Source of the DNA: Octopus vulgaris
Lineage: Eukaryota
Direction: 5' to 3'
Length of the DNA stretch: 64,000 bases
Assembly (NCBI GenBank): GCA_951406725.2
Contig: OX597835.1
Location: forward strand, 45,198,001 to 45,262,000
Both the position numbers and the translations under genes were made by a program. Below are positions 55,981 through 64,000 of the stretch, piece by piece. How positions within the stretch are numbered: the stretch's first letter is position 1; each line of letters begins with the position of its first letter. The notes below the pieces were generated by a model that worked only from the letters and a program-made list of their open reading frames with translations, made no database searches and was not told the origin of the DNA.

Positions 55981-56016
<36 letters not shown>

Positions 56017-57235
56017 CGCAGGAGTGACTTTGTGGTAAATAGGTTGCTTACCAACGACATGTTTAAAGAAAATCTTATACTTTTATGAAAATCTTATATA
56101 ATTTAAAAGAAAAACCCATCTACGGATCAGTCCAAATTATTCTAATGAAAAAATAGAAATAAGAGTATTGCTAAACACTATGGTGGCTGTAGTTAACAGA
56201 AATTCAACCTCGCCTTTCCCTCTTTACATATTTATTTTTCATTTCATGCCTTTCTTTACATTTTTATTTTCCATATACCTCCTTACCATTTATGCATTAT
56301 TTTCCACCTGACTTCCTCGTTTTGTCCGTCGCTTGTCCTCTGTCGCTTATCTGTCATCTTTTGTGAAACGCACACTACCCCCGTTATGCCTCTCTCTTTC
56401 CCGTTCTGTCTTACCTTCATTGTATTTATATATATAAGTATATGCGTTTGGGTGTGTGTTTGTTTGTGTGAGTGAGTGTTTATGTGTGTCTACGTATATA
56501 TTCTTACCTACAGCTGTTTAGACAAGCACAAACACACACACACACAAACACACATACACACACACGCACACACACACATACACACACACACACAGGTTTT
56601 ATCTCCGTCGAAGAATGCAACTACTTTTTACATAAACGTATGAGATTTGATGTTTAGTATTTTCCTTTGCATCTGTCGTTTTCATCTGCAACTTTATTCC
56701 TGGAACGCTGAGTGGTAAAGCAATAATATAAGCAATAGACTGCGAGAGAAAGACAGAAAGAGCGAGAGAAAGAGAGACATAGAGAGAGAGAGAGAGAAAA
56801 GGTGATGGAAGCGAGAAAATGAAGGATAGAAAATAGAGACATAGAAGTGCGATTGGGTGTAGGGAGAGAAGACGAAAGGGCAAAAAGCTGATTAGCTTTT
56901 GAGTACGAACGGGTAACATAATAGTGCATATAGAACTACCGAGTAAGTAGCAATGCTTCGTGTAATGTTTTCGGAGGAGGCCAATAGTGGAAGAGCCGTC
57001 AAATACTGCATTGATTTATCCAGCTTGACCATTCCCACAAACTGTCAAATATTGACATTTGAAAGTTTCCTTGGCTCACTGCTTGTTATTCTTGCTAATC
57101 AATGAACAAAGACCAAACTTCAGAATTCTGTGCTAAGTCTGCAAGTGCGTACATTGTAGCTGTCACGAAAGTCACCGTAAAAGTCTGGACTATAAAAAAA
57201 AAAGGAAACTACACAGAACACCTTATTGTCATGTG

Positions 57236-58130
57236 TGTATGAGCATGCGTATGGTGATGTAATTAAATGTCGTATTTACAAACGGTATATATTTATATAT
57301 AGCGAAATGGTGCAGAGAAATTTGCATCGCAATTATGAGGACTAGATTTCGATTCCATTGCACTGTGCATTAGACAACCATATTTTACTACAACCTTCGT
57401 TTGGCGTTATCATTTGGAATGAAAGAGGTTGCACAAAAATTTATTTTAGTATATATGGAGATAAACGTCCTCTTATATTAGAATACAAAAGGAGACAGAA
57501 ACTACGAATAAGGCCCTCGTATATACTGAGGCTGTATGAGCATGCGTATGGTGATGTACTTAAATGCCGTATTTACAAACGGTATATATTTATATATAGC
57601 GAAATGGTGCAGAGAAATTTGCATCGCAATTATGAGGACTAGATTTCGATTCCATTGCACTGTGCATTAGACAATCATATTTTACTACAACCTTCGTTTG
57701 GCGTTATCATTCGGAATGAAAGAGGTTGCACAAAAATTCATTTTAGTATATATGGAGATAAACGTCCTCTTATATTAGAATACAAAAGGAGACAGAAACT
57801 ACGAATAAGGCCCTCGTATATACTGAGGCTGTATGAGCATGCGTATGGTGATGTACTTAAATGCCGTATTTACAAACGGTATATATTTATATATAGCGAA
57901 ATGGTGCAGAGAAATTTGCATCGCAATTATGAGGACTAGATTCCGATTCCATAGCACTGTGCATTAGACAACCATATTTTACTACAACCTTCGTTTGGCG
58001 TTATCATTTGGAATGAAAGAGGTTGCACAAAAATTCATTTTAGTATATATGGAGATAAACGTCCTCTTATATTAGAATACAAAAGGAGACAGAAACTACG
58101 AATAAAGCCCTCGTATATACTGAGGCTGTA
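57236..58130. repeat. 297-bp tandem repeat, 3 near-identical copies
   Basis: Units start at 57236, 57533 and 57830. Confidence 0.95.
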
Positions 58131-58544
58131 ATTCATAGCAGAGCCGTCCCCACACACATTTCTTGCAAGGTCATTAAGTATTAGCGATGTTTGTTCCAAA
58201 TATCAACGTTTCTGAAATGAAGTACCTATCAAGTACTTAATCGGTACTTCATTTCCAGCAAATGCGAGGGATGGGAGGGTAATTCGATTCGGGGGAGGGG
58301 AACTCAGTGTAAGAATGGTTCATATTTTATCGTTCTCCGAAAAGATAAAAAAGGCAAAGCCAGCCAGCCCCGGCCATATTTGAACTTAGGAGGCAAAAAC
58401 GGACGAGATGCTGCTAAGCATTTTGACCGTCCTGCTTACTGATTCTGCCAGCCCGGCGCCTTCCATCAATTTCTTACATCAAAATAAATTTTGTGAATAT
58501 GTTACAAATCGCTGTTGATATTTACACGATGATGATGATAACTG

Positions 58545-58800
<256 letters not shown>

Positions 58801-58814
58801 ATTGATTTTAAATT

Positions 58815-59016
58815 TTTACCCTAAGGGCAGCTTGGGGAAGTGGATTAAGTCGATCATCGATCCCAGAACGTATCTGGTACTTATTTAATCAACTCCGAAA
58901 GGATGAAAGGCAAAATGGACGACCCCGACGGAATTTGAACTCAGAACGTAGTGACGGGCGAAATACCGCTAAGTATTTTGACCGGCGCGCTAACGATTCT
59001 GCCACCTCGCCGCTTT
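58815..59016 (-). mobile_element. SINE family A
   Basis: Reverse complement of family A. A paralogous copy lies at about 58300-58460. Confidence 0.75.
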
Positions 59017-59091
59017 AGCTCAATTTCCAACATCAAAATAAATTTTGTGAATATATTACAAATCGCTGCTGATACTTACAACATAATAATG

Positions 59092-60097
59092 GTAGGACGA
59101 GAGGGGTCAGGCAAAATCCTCTGAGACTTTGACTTCCAGACAGACAAAGTGATAGAGCACCGAAGGCTGGATATCTCTCTCTATATAAACGGCAGTTTGT
59201 CTCTCTGTGTGTCTGTGTGTCTGTCAGGTTGTACCCTCACCCTGACCACAGATTTCAACCGATTCTGATGAAACTTGACACACACATAGCCCAATGTCAT
59301 AATTCGAAACTAAAGGAGCGAAAATTTTGAAAAGTTCCCTTAGTTCTGAAAAAAATTGATAAATTCGACATGGGGTCAATAATCTAAGCTTTTTATATGC
59401 AACACATTTTCTGTTGTAGTTTTCGCAACTTGCAATCGATTTTCACCAAACTCATGGTGAAGCTTAATGTTACCCTAAGAAACTTAATTATCACGTTAGT
59501 TTTACATGCAATACCTTACCATCAGAAAAAATCGATAAAATCATACCATTTTGGGAAATCACGTTCAAATTCAAGATGACATATTTTCGACACTATCTTT
59601 CACAAATTGGCAGGAAATTAGAGGGAAGGACTAGATTGGGATTAGTCGTTGCCTACTAGGGGCTCTTACATACCCGGGCAACGCCGGGCTATGCTTCTAG
59701 TAATAACCTATAGGAATTATAAACAAGAGTGCCTAATAATTGACAGGAGATCAACATATCATCATGAAAGAAAGGGAAAAGGTTGATAAATATGGAGACC
59801 TGAGAACTGAGATCGCTAAGATGTGGCAGCTATGAGATTCAAACATAAAGGTTATCCCTATTGTCGTCGGGGTTTTGGGTTCAATACTACTGAATCTGAA
59901 AAAACACATGAAAACTTAAGAAATACCTTACAATCTAGGTATATTGTAAATGTCGGCATTACTGGGAACTGCTCGCATATTGCGTAAAGTACTGTCAGTC
60001 TGAGGTCCTTGTTGTGACTTGACAAACAGTACAAACCCCCGGTCGACACAATATCTTCAATCAACAACATCACGATATCGTATATTGTGCTACGAAT

Positions 60098-60099
<2 letters not shown>
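59092..60099 (+). mobile_element. RLE-type element 3' end interrupted by a Helitron
   Basis: Aligns to 29330-29820 on both sides of the insertion. Ends in (AAT)n. Confidence 0.8.
59174..59700 (+). mobile_element. non-autonomous Helitron
   Basis: 5' TC, 3' hairpin CCCGGGCAACGCCGGG then CTAG. Inserted between host A and T with no TSD. Confidence 0.8.
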
Positions 60100-60392
<293 letters not shown>

Positions 60393-60939
60393 ATTGTGTC
60401 AGGTTTTGTCACAGAGCCAGCATGTTCGGAGGTGGATGTAAGGTGATTACATAGACCCCAATGCTCATCTGGTACTTATTCTATCGACCCCGAAAGGATA
60501 AAAAGGAAAGTCGACATGTGCGTAATTTGAACTCAGAACGTAGCGACACGTGCTAGCGATTCTACCGCAATAGACTAATTTCTAACCTCAAAAGAAGTTT
60601 CGTGTATAATTTGCGAATTGCTGCTATTACTTGCATGAAAATCGTCAAAATACAAAAAGATGATAGTTGTCATTTTTCAGAACAGCAACAACGAGAGAAA
60701 TAATAATAATAATAATAATGGTTGCCACACCAGACAATATGTTTAGTGTCATTTCTTCAACGTCTTCAAGTTGTAATTACAGATTTCGCCAATGTCAACT
60801 TTGGTTTTCATTCTTTAGGCGTCAATAGATTAAATAACAGTAGTTACAGGTCAATGTAGTCAACTTGTCTATAATCTCAGACTTGCTAGAATTGTGCCAA
60901 AATTAGAAATTATAATTATTATTGTCATTGTTATTTGAT

Positions 60940-61597
60940 GAAGACTCTCAGTGTATTTTGTTGGGTATGACACAGAGTGTCAGCTGTCCACAATCAGCAG
61001 GCGAAGGAGACGGCACTCGTTTACCGAAAATGCTTCAAGAATCCAGCAAAGTATTCTTGGAGTTTCAAACGATGCTGACTTTTGTAAGTGTTCTCTCTTT
61101 ACATTTGTAACAATCTTTCTGAGCTATGTTGGTAGTTGAGTGCTGAGACTTCCAAGCGCATCAATTATTTCTCACTTCAAATCATCGTAGATTTTCTTCT
61201 TCTTTCTCTTGGAACCTGTTGTCACCGTAACAACATCCTATATCGATTATCTTACGAGTTCTATCTTTTTAATTCACCACAAAAATGCACGGTTTTCGGT
61301 GACTGCTCAGGTGATTACGCTGAAACATTACATCCGACAGGATTTTGCAGTCTTCCTTCTCGGTAACTCCACCTGGGGTTTGATCATGCCACATCTTTGC
61401 TCTTTCCGTGATTTCCACAAAGCTCCAATGGATCATTCTTACCACATTGTCATATCTTCCGTAATCACGTTATGCCAGCTTCGGGCATTCGCTAAGAATG
61501 TGCCATACCATTTCATCCCTCTCACCATATATTATTATTATTATTATTATTATTATAACCCCAGACTTTATGGTAAATATGAATCCCATTATTAGTA

Positions 61598-61659
<62 letters not shown>

Positions 61660-61915
61660 GATTTTACTCAGGTTCAGTTTTTTCCTTGTAGGACTTATGT
61701 GGGTAGCGGGTTACTACCTATTACCTTAGGTATCTGCAATCTTTCAATCATCATTCAAGTGCTTAAGACGTTCTTGATAATTATTCCCGTCTCTAGGAGG
61801 AAAACTTTCCGTAGAAACTCTCCAGGCAAACCTGTTTCAATCTCCTTCATCCACTTGTCTATATCTTTCCTTGCAGTGCCCAACGCACCAATTATTATAG
61901 ACACAGGCTTTATTG
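60940..61915 (-). mobile_element. decayed RLE-type fragments separated by (ATT)n
   Basis: Similar to 47850-48090. WYGT, KILSD, GSKR and IIGALG-like remnants. Confidence 0.5.
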
Positions 61916-62215
61916 TTATCATATTGTAATTAACTGTAATTTCAATATTTTTTTATCGAGTGCTACAGAGTCAGTAACAACCAGGGGCAAACAGAGATTA
62001 AAATGCAAATTTCCTAATATTGTTAAGATTGGTAAGTAACAGGTAGTTAAGAGTACTTTAGGACAGCAGGTAAGCAACAACGAATTAATAACGGTTTTGT
62101 TATGAATAAATAAATATATAAAACCCAGAACGAGACTAATAACAAATATATGTAGACATACATACACATACATACACAGGCACATACACGCACACACGAG
62201 CACGCATACATATGA

Positions 62216-62343
<128 letters not shown>

Positions 62344-62417
62344 GTAGTAAACACATAAATGTGAAACAAGGTGGAAAAAAGAGTACTCAAGTACCAGTGG
62401 TAGAGTAATATATAGAG

Positions 62418-62449
<32 letters not shown>

Positions 62450-62510
62450 TATATTTGTATATATCTTAGACAGTTATATAAATATAATATATACATACAT
62501 ACATATGTGT

Positions 62511-62554
<44 letters not shown>

Positions 62555-62850
62555 AAAATAAATTACTGGCAGAAATCGTCAACGCAAGAGTGACAGTTGA
62601 TATGTCACAGTCGGCTGGATAATTTAATATGTTGTGTTTACGCTGTGAAAGGAAGTCATATGTGATGGAAATTCAATACAGCCGTATACGTTACTGATTT
62701 GCGTTCATCATCGCAGACCGTTGGAGGTGGCTCGAAGATATAACTGCAAACACATTCAAACTCAAACGCACATACATGCACATATATGTGTGCACGTTTG
62801 TTTGTGTATGTATATAAATACGTGTATGCATACATATATGTATATGTATG

Positions 62851-62900
<50 letters not shown>

Positions 62901-63087
62901 CATTTATGGAGATCAAGCATGGCACACATTTTCCAGCATAATGAGGCCCCATTGTGTGTATATATATATATACACACACATACACACATATCTATATATA
63001 AAAATATGTGTTTGTATATGTGTGTGAGTATGTGTGCGTGTGTTTATATTTGACCATGGAGAAACATTCAATTTCATACATATTTAC

Positions 63088-63205
<118 letters not shown>

Positions 63206-63649
63206 CGATATATATCTTTATATAATGTACATTGTATTAAAGTAAGTTTATTGCCATTGCAACACGTGTCTAGGTAGTTACTTAGAACCTGTTGATTGCT
63301 TGAAAACAAAAAGAATGTTATAAATCCTATCTCACTGCCTATTGTAATGTCCAGAATCTATTACAAGGTCTTATTTTATTGCAGTGTACATTAAATAATA
63401 TTTATCTCTCACTGGATGGACCACGTGTTGAATTTATGTTAACGAAACAATAAGGTAAATATGTGTGCGTGTGTGTGTATGTGTATACCGTAATGGTCAG
63501 AGCGGAGGAATCACTACATGTTTTAGCTTTATAAATAAAAGATCGAATATTTCTGACGAAAATACTATTTAATCCTTAAGAAATTAGCATCTTTCTAATA
63601 TTCTGAATTAATATTATTTAGAAATGAACATCAAACGGTGCTTACAGAA

Positions 63650-64000
63650 CCAATATTTCGTATGTAGCCCTTCGTTGTGACTGACAACGTCAATTCTTTT
63701 GGGTATTGATAAGCACAATTTTTCGCACAAATCAGGTGTTATCTGCAAAGTCCAGACGTCTTTGATAGTATTTTTTCAACTCCGATAGTGATGTTGGATT
63801 ACGAGCGACTACTTTCTGTTTTGGAATAACACACCAATGCTCTATTGGTTTGAGACTCGGGAAGGTTCCTGGCCATAGATCGAAATCTCATACCCTGAAT
63901 GGCTTCGCCACAGCTTTACTGCTCTCGTCTGGTAGCATGGGGCCTCATTATGCTGGAAAATGTGTGCCATGCTTGATTTCCATAAATGGAGGGTCAATCG
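63650..64000 (-). pseudogene. Tc1 transposase C-terminal remnant (runs off the window)
   Basis: FQHNEAPC..WPGTFPSLKPIEHW..PTSLSELK..IKDVW..SIPKRI..GLHTKY, matching Tc1 QDNAP, WPxxSPDLNPIE and TKY motifs. Confidence 0.75.

Noticed and set aside
57358-57939. Duplicated 94-aa ORFs in the 297-bp repeat
   Set aside because: Non-ATG start, start lost in the third copy, and no recognisable motif.
63545-63605. CTGACGA...GAAA hammerhead-like words
   Set aside because: Stem III pairs but stems I and II do not.

Overview
This window is AT-rich, microsatellite-saturated eukaryotic intergenic or intronic DNA. The SINE repertoire and the (TA)n/(TAA)n/(ATCT)n density suggest a coleoid cephalopod, probably Octopus (inferred from pattern recognition, not a database search). 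I find no supportable intact host gene, rRNA, true tRNA or CRISPR array. Most ORFs in the track are translations of simple repeats. The rest are decayed transposons: about ten 3' fragments of RLE-type (R4/Dong-like) non-LTR retrotransposons, a frameshifted Penelope-like element (RT + GIY-YIG), a full-length but dead mariner with TIRs and TA target-site duplication (TSD), Tc1/mariner, gypsy, RTE and CR1 remnants, a non-autonomous Helitron, and four tRNA-SINE families. Four signals stand out. (1) At least seven minimal type I hammerhead-ribozyme motifs from several unrelated short non-coding elements, mostly docked on (TA)n tracts, including a near-perfect 176-bp palindrome with one hammerhead per strand. 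(2) A young ~558-bp ORF-less element present four times, always inserted precisely in (TAA)n. (3) An apparent partition of microsatellite niches: (TAA)n for RLE elements and (TA)n for Penelope/hammerhead elements. (4) Several long fold-back hairpins. Boundaries of decayed elements are approximate.
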